A model generated the notes under the pieces. That model ran no database searches. It saw only the letters and a list, made by a program, of their open reading frames with translations, and was not told the DNA's origin. A DNA stretch of 64,000 bases from Bacillota bacterium (GTDB lineage: Bacteria; Bacillota; Clostridia; Oscillospirales; Acutalibacteraceae), in contig JAUUSE010000004.1 of the NCBI GenBank assembly GCA_030842085.1, positions 638-64,637 of the forward strand, given 5' to 3'. Positions 1-8,664 of the stretch are shown piece after piece. Positions within the stretch are counted from its first letter, which is position 1. Each line of letters starts with the position of its first letter. The translations under genes and the position numbers were made by a program.

Positions 1-909
1 CGGCTTTATGCCTACTGCAAATTCTGAATCTATATCATCCTCAACAATAACCGAGCCCACCCGGCGCGCCCATGCAAGATATTCATACCGCTTTGACGCG
101 TTTGCCGTAGCTCCCGTAGGGTAGCTGTTGAAAGGAGTAACATGAAGCACGTTGGCCTTTGTCCTCATAAGCTCTGATGTAAGTATGCCGTTTAAGTCCA
201 TATCGAGCATATCGCAGCGTGCGCCGTTGGCCTCATAAACTGCGCGTATTTTTTCATATGACGGATTTTCCAGCCCATATATCTTGTCCCTGCCCAGCAG
301 AAGCACCGTCATGCCGTAAAAATACTCCGAGCCGGAGCCTATTATTATCCTGCTGTACGGAACGCTCATGCCCCTGTATCTTAAAAGATAATCTGAAATG
401 GCTTTTCGCAAAATTTCGCAGCCAAGCGGCGGTGATTTTATCAGAAGCTCACTGCCGTATTTAGATATTACTCTGCGCATAATCTTTGAATATTCCGCAA
501 ATTGAAATCCGATGTTGCCTTGCGGCCCATTTGTCAGTATGTTGGCTGCATTTTTCTCCGGCTCTGTTTTTTCATACGCTCCGATTTGTACAGCAGGTCC
601 CGCAGCGGATTCTGCTCCTTGGCGCTTTGATATGTTCGGCAAGCCCAACGATACGGACGCCATTTCTTCCGGCGCACATACAAAATACCCGCTGCGCTCG
701 CGGGAATATACATACCCCTCGTCAATAAGCATTTGATAGCTTGAAGCTATGGTCAGCACGCTGACCCCCAAATGCTCTGCCATCGCTCTTTTAGACGGCA
801 GCCTTTCTCCGGCACCAATTATATTATTCCTTATATCTTCCTTTATTCTTTCGCAAATATATTCATATATCGGTTTATCTTTCCTGTTATTTAAATTATA
901 AGTCAGCAT
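1..909 (-). CDS. MocR/PdxR-type GntR-family regulator with aminotransferase-like (PLP) domain; partial, C-terminus runs off the window
   Basis: Absent from the ORF track because it is open to position 1. Reverse translation from the ATG at 909-907 gives MLTYNLNNRKDKPIYEYICERIKEDI..GERLPSKRAMAEHLGVSVLTIASSYQMLIDEGYVYSRERSGYFV (GntR wHTH). A fold-type-I aminotransferase-like region follows (..GSGSEYFYGMTVLLLG..NPSYEKIRAVYEANG..HVTPFNSYPTG..). Confidence 0.8.
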   Translation of the reverse strand, partial: MLTYNLNNRKDKPIYEYICERIKEDIRNNIIGAGERLPSKRAMAEHLGVSVLTIASSYQMLIDEGYVYSRERSGYFVCAPEEMASVSLGLPNISKRQGAESAAGPAVQIGAYEKTEPEKNAANILTNGPQGNIGFQFAEYSKIMRRVISKYGSELLIKSPPLGCEILRKAISDYLLRYRGMSVPYSRIIIGSGSEYFYGMTVLLLGRDKIYGLENPSYEKIRAVYEANGARCDMLDMDLNGILTSELMRTKANVLHVTPFNSYPTGATANASKRYEYLAWARRVGSVIVEDDIDSEFAVGIKP

Positions 910-910
910 C

Positions 911-941
911 TGGTTATGTAAAAAAATCTCCTTTTGGTTAT
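911..941. promoter_or_regulatory. Possible MocR-type operator: direct repeat TGGTTAT (911-917 and 935-941) in the divergent intergenic region
   Basis: Two identical heptamers lie 24 bp apart (start to start) between the regulator start (909) and the S-component start (999). MocR regulators typically bind spaced direct repeats. There is no other support. Confidence 0.25.
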
Positions 942-998
942 TTTATATTATCAGATAATATTATATAATTTGTGCACTAACTTGTAAAGGTGATTGAT

Positions 999-1529
999 AT
1001 GATAAAGAGTAAAAAAAATATCGCAATATTTTCTGCAAAGCTTATAACGGCAACGGCAATATTTATGGCGCTGAACATCGCCATGAGCTCTTTTGGAATA
1101 CCCGTGCCCGGCGGACATTTTTATTTAAACGATATAGTAATTTGCACCGCTGCAATTCTGCTCGACCCAATCTCGGCATTTGTAGTCGGAGGCGTAGGCT
1201 CTTTTTTAGGGGACCTATTTTTCTATCCCCTGCCGATGTTTGTCTCTCTCATCACGCACGGGCTTCAGGCCGTTGTTATCTCTCTGTGCACGCGGCATCT
1301 GCTTAAAAATCACAGGATGGCCGCCTCTGTTATCGGAGTATCGCTTGGCGCAATAATTATGGTTGTGGGGTACTCATTAGGCAGGGCCTTTATTTACAGC
1401 ACGCCGGAGTATGCCATGCTAAAGCTTCCGTATCAAATTCTTCAGGCCGGTATCGGGGCGGTGCTGTCAATAATACTCTGCTATAAATGCAAGCTCATCA
1501 AAATTTACAACAAGATTTTTAATATTTAA
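999..1529 (+). CDS. ECF-transporter substrate-capture (S) component-like membrane protein; vitamin B6-related substrate suspected from context
   Basis: Polytopic hydrophobic protein of about 176 aa (..FGIPVPGGHFYLNDIVICTAAILLDP..). The ATG at 999 follows AAAGGTG. The track start at 990 is a GTG. The gene is divergent from a PdxR-like regulator. Confidence 0.6.
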   Translation: MIKSKKNIAIFSAKLITATAIFMALNIAMSSFGIPVPGGHFYLNDIVICTAAILLDPISAFVVGGVGSFLGDLFFYPLPMFVSLITHGLQAVVISLCTRHLLKNHRMAASVIGVSLGAIIMVVGYSLGRAFIYSTPEYAMLKLPYQILQAGIGAVLSIILCYKCKLIKIYNKIFNI

Positions 1530-1566
1530 AAATCCCCTCTAATATTTGTATAAAAAAGCTCAAATT

Positions 1567-1601
1567 GGGGCGCCTGCTAAAAAAGGCGCCCCAAGCTTTT
1601 T
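1567..1601. terminator. Rho-independent terminator between convergent genes
   Basis: GGGGCGCC-tgctaaaaaa-GGCGCCCC stem, followed by aagcttttt on the plus strand and preceded by an A-run. Confidence 0.6.
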
Positions 1602-1673
1602 AGGAAGTTCATATTTTGTAATCAGCAGATAAAATGTTAGCGTCAAAATATGATGCTTAATATATCTTTGGTT

Positions 1674-2558
1674 TTATAACTGGCTGTATATTTCAATTTC
1701 ACTTTCATAATATTGTTCCTGAAAATGGACTGCTTGTAAAATTTTGTTTTTATTAAAATTTAATCCTTCAGGTGCGGCGACGAGCTTATCTTCCACATCG
1801 TTTCGGCGATGAACTATTCCAATAATACAGGCCGTATATTCTTCAACCGGAACATCTACGCCAAGCAGGTACACATCGAGTTCTTCCCCGTCGCCGCCAA
1901 ATACGTTCGGTATATACCCGTAATTGATAGGATAGATAAGTTCTGGGTGCTTAGGGTGCATGCTTCCAATAGGCCTGTCTATTTTTATATTTACTGTTTT
2001 TCCAAGATAGGACTTTACAAGCGCTTTTCTCAAAGTAAAGACGATAAAATCGTGTTTCCCCATCAGATATTTTTCTCTTCCGTTATCAATGGGAACTTGC
2101 TGGGCAAGGCTTACCTTTAGAGATTCATACTCTTTTGCAGCCGAAAGTGTGTTGTTAAGATAATCTCTGAAATTTATGTAATTTATCCAATCCATACTAT
2201 TTGTACGGACAACATGAATGAAATGCGTTTGCAAATCTCCCGTACCTTCATAAAAGCTGCCGCAAGCAAACAACAGCTGGTTTTTGATATATGCTTGTGC
2301 ATTGGGACGATAGTAAAAACCAGCGTCCTTTAATTCTCTTTCAAAACTTAGGATATCATTGAAATCATCAACTGCGAGCGCAATATCAATAATCGGTTTT
2401 GCCTTTATGGAAAGTATGGAAGTGCTCCCAACATGCTGAATGTCTTTTATGACATTGCCTAATATCTTCTTCAAACGAGAAATTGTATTCTGGGCTTCAA
2501 ATTCCCATTCTTTTTCGTGTTCGCACAGCTTTACCGCTCCTCGTTTCAAGCCAATCAT
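1674..2558 (-). CDS. GrpB-family domain fused to a small inorganic-pyrophosphatase-like domain
   Basis: The N-terminal half is GrpB/UPF0157-like (..IQHVGSTSILSIKAKPIIDIALAV..). The C-terminal ~110 aa is PPase-like (IDRPIGSMHPKHPELIYPINYGYIPNVFGGDGEELDVYLLGV..EDKLVAAP). Confidence 0.65.
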   Translation of the reverse strand: MIGLKRGAVKLCEHEKEWEFEAQNTISRLKKILGNVIKDIQHVGSTSILSIKAKPIIDIALAVDDFNDILSFERELKDAGFYYRPNAQAYIKNQLLFACGSFYEGTGDLQTHFIHVVRTNSMDWINYINFRDYLNNTLSAAKEYESLKVSLAQQVPIDNGREKYLMGKHDFIVFTLRKALVKSYLGKTVNIKIDRPIGSMHPKHPELIYPINYGYIPNVFGGDGEELDVYLLGVDVPVEEYTACIIGIVHRRNDVEDKLVAAPEGLNFNKNKILQAVHFQEQYYESEIEIYSQL

Positions 2559-2687
2559 TGCCTAACCTCCAAACAACCGTTTTATCGTATAAAACAACCT
2601 TATTTTACTATTTTCCATTAACTTGCAAAACCAAATGGGAGACAGCTTACTTGCAAAGCGTCTCCCTTTGATAGTCCTTTTGTTTTT

Positions 2688-3356
2688 CTATTTAAGCTCA
2701 TTTTCTCCTACTAAACACAAATTTCTTGTTATGCTTAAAGTATCCAATTTTCCAAAGCGCTTTTCGGCTGCGCTTATTACAAGCGGAGGATTTATATTAA
2801 GACGGCTGCCCGCCGGAAGTATAACAGTCATATCGGCAGATGATTCATCGGCGGAAAATGAAACCAGCCGGCAGTAAACCTCAAGCTCTTTGATTTCCGG
2901 AGCTTGTATTCCCCGTCGACCCTTTTTCTTTTTAGCTGCCTTTTCGACCGTTATATTTCCATTGAAAAATTCAGATAAATCTTTTGGCGAAATTTCTTCT
3001 GTAAAGCCAAGGCGTATATTGTACTCTGCACCAGATATATCTGCAAAGCTGTCTACGGGGTCGCTTACGTCCGTCACAGCTATATTCTCCGGCATAACGG
3101 CGCTTAATTGCTCGGCTATCTTGCTGTTTTCACATAAATCATCTTCTATTTTAATGTCCATTGCCTCATGCAGCGCTTCAATTCCTATCGGCAGCGGCTG
3201 CGCAAACACCATATGAAGATGCGGATTAAACCCTTCCGTATACCATGCCGGCACCCTGCTGCGCCTTATGCAGCGCGTAAACAGCCGTACCAAGTCCAAA
3301 TGCGATATGTATTTTGCACCGCCTGTTTTTTTAAACCATATTCTGACATTTTTCAA
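2688..3356 (-). CDS. TIGR03936-family (DUF2344) radical-SAM-associated protein
   Basis: ..RIWFKKTGGAKYISHLDLVRLFTRCIRRSRVPAWYTEGFNPHLHMVFAQPLPIG.. is typical of the family. I place the start at the TTG at 3356, preceded by GGGAGG. The track ORF extends to 3545, but that extension is Cys/Arg-rich and atypical. Confidence 0.8.
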   Translation of the reverse strand: MKNVRIWFKKTGGAKYISHLDLVRLFTRCIRRSRVPAWYTEGFNPHLHMVFAQPLPIGIEALHEAMDIKIEDDLCENSKIAEQLSAVMPENIAVTDVSDPVDSFADISGAEYNIRLGFTEEISPKDLSEFFNGNITVEKAAKKKKGRRGIQAPEIKELEVYCRLVSFSADESSADMTVILPAGSRLNINPPLVISAAEKRFGKLDTLSITRNLCLVGENELK

Positions 3357-3652
3357 ATGATATTGCCTCCCATATAAATCCTGCGCTTGCCCGCAGCAAA
3401 AGCTAAGCTCGAAGTGCAATGCCTTAACGCAGCGAATAATCCGACATGATAAAGCACCGCAGCGCTTTAGCAATAATGTTTTTAGCCTAACATCACATAA
3501 CCAATTTTTCGCTGCTTTATGGCCCGGCAGTTTATGCAGCCTCAAATAATTCCGTCAGGATGCCGCATAATATTGCGAAAATCTTCAAATGCAAATGGCG
3601 GTTACCACCGTTAATTTATGCACGCCTGCTCCAAGCTTGCCCTACACGACAA

Positions 3653-5506
3653 TTAATTGTCGCGCCTTTCTATACATATTCCGCTTTTAAAGCATGTGGC
3701 GCCGCAATGCGAGCAGTTTTCCCGGCAGTTTTGTGTAGTAATCCCCTGCTCTGCTTTCTTCATCTCTTCAATTAAAAACTTTTTGCTTACACCATAGTCC
3801 ATAATATCCCATGGCAAAGCCTCGTCAAACGAGCGCTCTCTGTTTGCATAAAATTCCGGAGCAAGTTCGTTTGCCTCAAAAGCCGACCTCCATTTGCCGA
3901 TATTAAAGAAGTCGTCCCAGCTGTCAAAATGGCAGCCGGATTTATAGGCGTCATATATAACTTTGCCTATGCGCCTATCACCCCTTGAAATCGCGCTCTC
4001 CATCAGGCTCATATCGCTGTCGTTCCAGCTTACCGATATCTTCTTAGTGCGTATATGCTCGAGCAAAAGCTTTTGCTTGCGCTGTATCTCTTCACCCGTG
4101 TCCTGAGCGTGCCACTGAAACGGCGTATGCGGCTTTGGCGTAAAGGTTGAGAGTCCTATAGATACGCTTATAGCCTTGCCCTTCTGGCGCGTAGGAAGCG
4201 AGTAATATAAATCCACAATTTTCTGCGCAAGGTCGGCAATGCCTATTATGTCATCGTCCGTCTCAAACGGCAGGCCAAGCATAAAGTACAGCTTAACCGC
4301 CGTATACCCTTTCTCAAACACGCGCTGGCACGAGCTCATTATATCCTCTTCCGTGATATTCTTGTTAATTATATCGCGCAGGCGCTGCGTACCCGCCTCC
4401 GGCGCAAAGGTTATGCCGGTTTTGCGCACGCTGTTTATTTTCTCCGCCAGTTCGTCGGGAAAGTTGTCTATTCTCAGCGACGGAAGATTAATGCTTGTAC
4501 GCTCGTCGTCCGTCCAGCTCAGCAGCTCATTAAGCAGCGGCTCAAGCTCCGTATAATCGCTGGTACTCAGCGAGAGCAGCGACAGCTCCTCATAGCCGGT
4601 GTTGTCACACAGCTCATGCGCCTGACGGTTGGACACCTCGCTCGATTTTTCCCTTACAGGACGGTAAATAAATCCCGCCTGACAGAAGCGGCAGCCGCGA
4701 ATACATCCCCTGAATATTTCCTGTACGGCGCGGTCGTGTACCGTTTCAACAAAAGGCACTACAAAATTTTCCGGATAATAACAGCTGTCCAAATCCTTTA
4801 TAATACGCTTGCGCACGCGCGCCGGGGCGCCGGAATGCGGCGTATATGATTTTATTGTGCCGTTTTCGTTATACTCAACCTCATAAAACGACGGTACATA
4901 TATTCCCTCAATTTGTGCCGCTTTCTTTAAAAATTCCTGCTTTGTATCTCCATTTTTTTTGCAGTCTATATACAGCTTTGAAAGCTCGATGTTTACCTCC
5001 TCGCCCTCGCCCTGTATAAATATATCTATAAAGTCGGACAGCGGCTCCGGATTGCATACGCAAGGGCCGCCCGCGATTACTATATTTTTAAGCGTGCGCC
5101 TATTTTTCGCATAAAGCTCTATGCCGCCTATCTCCAGCATATTAAGCACGTTTGTATAGCTAAGCTCATACTGCATAGTAAAGCCTATCATGTCAAATTC
5201 ATCAAGCGTGTCGCGGCTTTCGAGCCCATACAGCTTTATACCATGCTCCAACATTTGCTCCTGCATGTCCGGCCATGGATTAAAAACACGCTCGCACCAT
5301 ATATTGTCTTCATTGTTATAAAGACCGTATAATATTTTCATGCCTAAATGCGACATGCCGATATCATATACATCGGGAAAGCAGAATGCAAACCTCATAT
5401 CGACGTCCGCCTTGCTCTTTACTACGCTTCCCTGCTCGCCGCCGGTATATCTGCCGGGCTTTTGAACTTTCAGCAGAACCTCTTCAAGCTTTTCAGATAC
5501 GTTCAT
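3653..5506 (-). CDS. TIGR03960-family B12-binding-domain radical SAM protein
   Basis: N-terminus ..LLKVQKPGRYTGGE.., CxxxCxxC cluster (RGCIRGCRFCQAG), 617 aa. It is the usual partner of the TIGR03936 gene downstream. Confidence 0.85.
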   Translation of the reverse strand: MNVSEKLEEVLLKVQKPGRYTGGEQGSVVKSKADVDMRFAFCFPDVYDIGMSHLGMKILYGLYNNEDNIWCERVFNPWPDMQEQMLEHGIKLYGLESRDTLDEFDMIGFTMQYELSYTNVLNMLEIGGIELYAKNRRTLKNIVIAGGPCVCNPEPLSDFIDIFIQGEGEEVNIELSKLYIDCKKNGDTKQEFLKKAAQIEGIYVPSFYEVEYNENGTIKSYTPHSGAPARVRKRIIKDLDSCYYPENFVVPFVETVHDRAVQEIFRGCIRGCRFCQAGFIYRPVREKSSEVSNRQAHELCDNTGYEELSLLSLSTSDYTELEPLLNELLSWTDDERTSINLPSLRIDNFPDELAEKINSVRKTGITFAPEAGTQRLRDIINKNITEEDIMSSCQRVFEKGYTAVKLYFMLGLPFETDDDIIGIADLAQKIVDLYYSLPTRQKGKAISVSIGLSTFTPKPHTPFQWHAQDTGEEIQRKQKLLLEHIRTKKISVSWNDSDMSLMESAISRGDRRIGKVIYDAYKSGCHFDSWDDFFNIGKWRSAFEANELAPEFYANRERSFDEALPWDIMDYGVSKKFLIEEMKKAEQGITTQNCRENCSHCGATCFKSGICIERRDN

Positions 5507-5982
5507 TGTCTCGCCCCGTTTTTATCTTCTTATTATTACAGATTATAACATAAACCTACCGATAGAAAAAGAAAAATATAAGCATAAATTTTAAAAGCCC
5601 TCCGCCTACTATTTTTCGGCGAAAGGCTAACTTTAAGCTTCTTAATTTTCCAAATTAAATATATTTACAGTTCGGTCTATGACTTTGCCGCATTGGCTCT
5701 GCACTTTACGCCTTTATGCATATCTGTATTCCTCCACCAGCTCTCTTTTGAAGTGGTTTTTGTGTTATGTTAACTTGATTTTGATAATCCGGATAATTGC
5801 AGCGGAGGTTTTGCAAAATGCAGGAGGGCTGACAAATCTTACGGCCGCACCGATTTATCAGCAGTACAAGAGCGATGTAAAATTTGCTTTGACGGCAGTT
5901 CGGTCGGCAGGCGAAGCTGGACTTAAATGTATCTGTCTTTTCATTTTTTTATTGTTTAAATAAATTTGCAGCAAGCAAAGAT

Positions 5983-6612
5983 TTACTTTCGCAGCTTCAA
6001 AAGCATTAATATCAGCATATACAGTCCGGTTATAAGCACGGTGAGGTTATTATATCCGTATAAAAGCATCACCGCGCCGACTGTAATAAGTATGGCGATA
6101 AAAATGCACGACACTGCAAGACTTATCCTTTTTGCACTCTCTGAGGATAATTTTATAGACAAAACATACTCTAATATTTTCCCGCCGTCGAGCTCAGATA
6201 TCGGCAGCATGTTAAAGGCAGTCAGCGCCATGTTAGATGTACAAAACCAGAGAAACATCTCATTTTTATCTGCAAAAAAATACATAGCAGCGCTTATTGC
6301 CGCAGTTATAGCGCCGGCAAGCGGCCCTGCTGCAAGTATTGCGATTTCTTTTTTATATGACAGCGCGCCCTTAGGCTTTATAATATGCAGAACCGCCGGC
6401 TTAAGCTCTATTCGCCGCGGCATAGCGCTAAGCAGCTTCATAGCCGCTATATGTCCAAGCTCATGTATTATTACCGCCAATGCCGTGATGGACATCATAC
6501 CCGTTTTATCTGTTAAAAAAAGCAGCGCTATGAAAGCGGTAAACGGCACGCTTATGTATATTTCACAGCCGAAAAGTTCAAATGTCAAATGCTCTGCTCT
6601 CCGACAAGCCAC
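5983..6612 (-). CDS. Site-2 protease (M50) family membrane metalloprotease, short form (SpoIVFB position)
   Basis: HELGH motif (IIHELGHIAAMKLL), multiple TM segments, a later ..NMLPISELDGGK.. motif. Overlaps the end of the upstream M23 gene. Confidence 0.7.
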   Translation of the reverse strand: MACRRAEHLTFELFGCEIYISVPFTAFIALLFLTDKTGMMSITALAVIIHELGHIAAMKLLSAMPRRIELKPAVLHIIKPKGALSYKKEIAILAAGPLAGAITAAISAAMYFFADKNEMFLWFCTSNMALTAFNMLPISELDGGKILEYVLSIKLSSESAKRISLAVSCIFIAILITVGAVMLLYGYNNLTVLITGLYMLILMLLKLRK

Positions 6613-7463
6613 ATGGGATTTATGCGCGTTCCGTTTATTCTTACCTCAAAATGGCAGTGCGCTCCCGTTGATACTCCCGTGCTGCCCACCTTTGCTATTG
6701 CCTGGCCCTTTTCTACTGTATCGCCTACGTTTAGCAGCGTTTCACTGCAGTGTGCGTACATTGTTTCAAGCCCCTCTCCGTGGGACAGCATTATATATAT
6801 GCCATACGACGAGCTTTCACCCGTCTTGCTGACCGTGCCGGACATTGCTGCCCCTATATCTGAACCGTATGGAGCGGCAATATCTACGCCATAATGCATT
6901 GCCAGCTTGCCGCTTATAGGATGTATACGATATCCATACTCATCGCTTATACGTCCGCTCAGCGGCATCTGCATACTGTTAATGTCCGCTGATTTTGCGT
7001 TCATCATGCTTTTGTATTCATTTACATCCATTGTGTATTTTCCGGTTTCTTCCTCTTCAGAACTTGTACCCTGCGAGCTTTCTCCCGAAGCATCCGGTAA
7101 AGAGGAGGCAGCATCATTTGCCGCCGGATCCTGCGCTTCAGACGACTGCGGCTGCTGTGATTCAGCGCCGCCTGATGCGCTGCTTGTATTATCCGTGCCG
7201 GAGTCAAATACTCCAGTAACCGTCTGCATAACTTCTTCGACGCTTGTATAATCGTTGAACATTGAGATATATTTATCTCTTGTGAGCCTGTATATATCAC
7301 CGCCTATAAATTTTATTATAAAGGCGGCTAATAAAGCTATAATACATATTATCAGCTGGGTTTTTATAAGTATTAAAATGCCTGCTCTTTTTTCTTTCTT
7401 TTTTTTAGGCGTTATAGGCAGTATTTCATCTTCCTCAAAAGAATTGTATTCGTTTTCTTCCAT
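6585..7463 (-). CDS. M23/LytM-family metallopeptidase with N-terminal TM segment (SpoIVFA position)
   Basis: HYGVDIAAPYGSDI.. and ..GAHCHFEVRINGTRINP motifs, one TM helix, and a Ser/Gln/Ala-rich linker. Confidence 0.8.
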   Translation of the reverse strand: MEENEYNSFEEDEILPITPKKKKEKRAGILILIKTQLIICIIALLAAFIIKFIGGDIYRLTRDKYISMFNDYTSVEEVMQTVTGVFDSGTDNTSSASGGAESQQPQSSEAQDPAANDAASSLPDASGESSQGTSSEEEETGKYTMDVNEYKSMMNAKSADINSMQMPLSGRISDEYGYRIHPISGKLAMHYGVDIAAPYGSDIGAAMSGTVSKTGESSSYGIYIMLSHGEGLETMYAHCSETLLNVGDTVEKGQAIAKVGSTGVSTGAHCHFEVRINGTRINPMWLVGEQSI

Positions 7464-7571
7464 CTTGGCTCCTTTCTCCCTTAACAGGTACCTTCGATTT
7501 CGACTTTAGTTATATTTATGCTTTGTTGTCCAAAAAAATGTCTATTTTGCTCTCTCTTTTAATATTATCTA

Positions 7572-7600
7572 TTGAATAAATATTAAAAATGTAGTAAGAT
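7572..7600 (+). promoter_or_regulatory. Candidate sigma-A promoter for ireB (TTGAAT-N17-TAAGAT)
   Basis: Hexamers at 7572-7577 and 7595-7600, about 60 nt upstream of the ATG. Confidence 0.35.
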
Positions 7601-7658
7601 AAAGATGTATAGATACATTTAAAGTCAGAAAAGATTCAGCAAAATTGGAGATAATATT

Positions 7659-7904
7659 ATGCATGACCAAACCATGACTTTTTCACTTGGAAGCGACCAT
7701 GAAAAGGAAATGAAGCAAATCCTTACGGCAGTTTATGATGCTCTTAAAGAAAAAGGCTATAATCCTATTAATCAGATTGTCGGCTATATTCTTTCTGAAG
7801 ACCCGACATATATAACCACGCACAACAACGCCAGAAATTTAATTAGGAGAATTGACCGCGACGAGTTGCTTCAGGCACTTGTTAAAAATTATCTTATAGG
7901 GTAG
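7659..7904 (+). CDS. ireB: IreB-family regulatory phosphoprotein (UPF0297/DUF965)
   Basis: ..[51 protein letters not shown].. is a diagnostic IreB sequence. Confidence 0.85.
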   Translation: MHDQTMTFSLGSDHEKEMKQILTAVYDALKEKGYNPINQIVGYILSEDPTYITTHNNARNLIRRIDRDELLQALVKNYLIG

Positions 7905-8165
7905 TTTTGCACATAACAAGCCTTTACGGGTGCAAATCGCTGCTGCTGTAATATGGATAAATTTAGCTTTTTTATACCATATAAACTTAGCACGCAGACA
8001 TGAACAGGAAAATATCTGCTGTAATTTTGACGTTATGTGTGAGATTACAAGATAATTAGCGCTGCTTTTTACAATATACTGTTATAATTCAACGTTAGTT
8101 TTTGCATAAAGCTCTAATTATCGTTATTTTAATTTTTATTTTATTTTTCTGAAAGGTGTGTAGAA

Positions 8166-8456
8166 ATGTCAGAAGAAAAAAACAAATTTCTTACTTATAA
8201 GGGTAAGCCGTTAGTCCGAAACGGCAATACTATCTACTATGGTAACATGTCTGATAAATATGTCATAATGATGCAGATTATGAGTACTAAAACCGTAAAT
8301 GATTTGGAGCTTGCCGATAAGGTTATAATCCAACTGATGTATACCGATCCTGACATAAAGACAAGAGACAGGGTTGTCAAAAAGAGCGAGAAGCACGGTT
8401 TATATAATGCTATGGACATTGGCTCAATATGGCTTGAAAGGGCGCTCGCTGAATAA
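8166..8456 (+). CDS. Hypothetical protein, 96 aa
   Basis: Clean ORF with RBS (AAAGGTG), followed by a strong terminator. No family recognised. Confidence 0.5.
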   Translation: MSEEKNKFLTYKGKPLVRNGNTIYYGNMSDKYVIMMQIMSTKTVNDLELADKVIIQLMYTDPDIKTRDRVVKKSEKHGLYNAMDIGSIWLERALAE

Positions 8457-8470
8457 TTGCATATATAAAA

Positions 8471-8497
8471 AAAGGCCGAAAAAATTCGGCCTTTTTT
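8471..8497 (+). terminator. Rho-independent terminator
   Basis: aaaGGCCGAAaaaaTTCGGCCtttttt. Confidence 0.65.
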
Positions 8498-8574
8498 ATT
8501 ATATTTTATCTCCATAATATATTGACTTTGCTCAGCCGGCAAGTAATAGATTAATTTTATTATTATAATCATTT

Positions 8575-8603
8575 TTGACATTATATATCAAATCGGGTAC
8601 AAT
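8575..8603 (+). promoter_or_regulatory. Consensus sigma-A promoter TTGACA-N17-TACAAT upstream of the two-component operon
   Basis: TTGACA at 8575-8580, 17-nt spacer, TACAAT at 8598-8603. Confidence 0.5.
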
Positions 8604-8664
8604 CTGAAATGTCGTATGAAAACGTAGTTAAAAACAACCTTTATAGCAATTGAGAGTGATATTA

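Noticed and set aside
3357-3545. N-terminal 63-aa extension of the TIGR03936 ORF, as given in the track
   Set aside because: The extension (MRLHKLPGHKAAKNWLCDVRLK..CCGQAQDLYG..) has no resemblance to the family N-terminus. That N-terminus begins at ..(M)KNVRIWFKKTG.., which is preceded by GGGAGG and a TTG.
5640-5960. Possible ncRNA or micro-ORFs in the 476-nt spacer upstream of the TIGR03960 gene. There are two CCUCC motifs around a UGCAuuuUGCA hairpin on the minus strand near 5800-5835, and a 14-codon ORF with a strong RBS near 5680-5725.
   Set aside because: The features are individually weak, and I can name no conserved family. I flag them only as something an Rfam scan or RNA-seq check could revisit.
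5966-6832. 288-aa plus-strand ORF, the longest unexplained ORF in the track
   Set aside because: It lies entirely antisense to the well-supported M50 and M23 genes. The sequence is low-complexity and Ser/Ile/Ala-rich, with no RBS or motifs. It is a shadow ORF.
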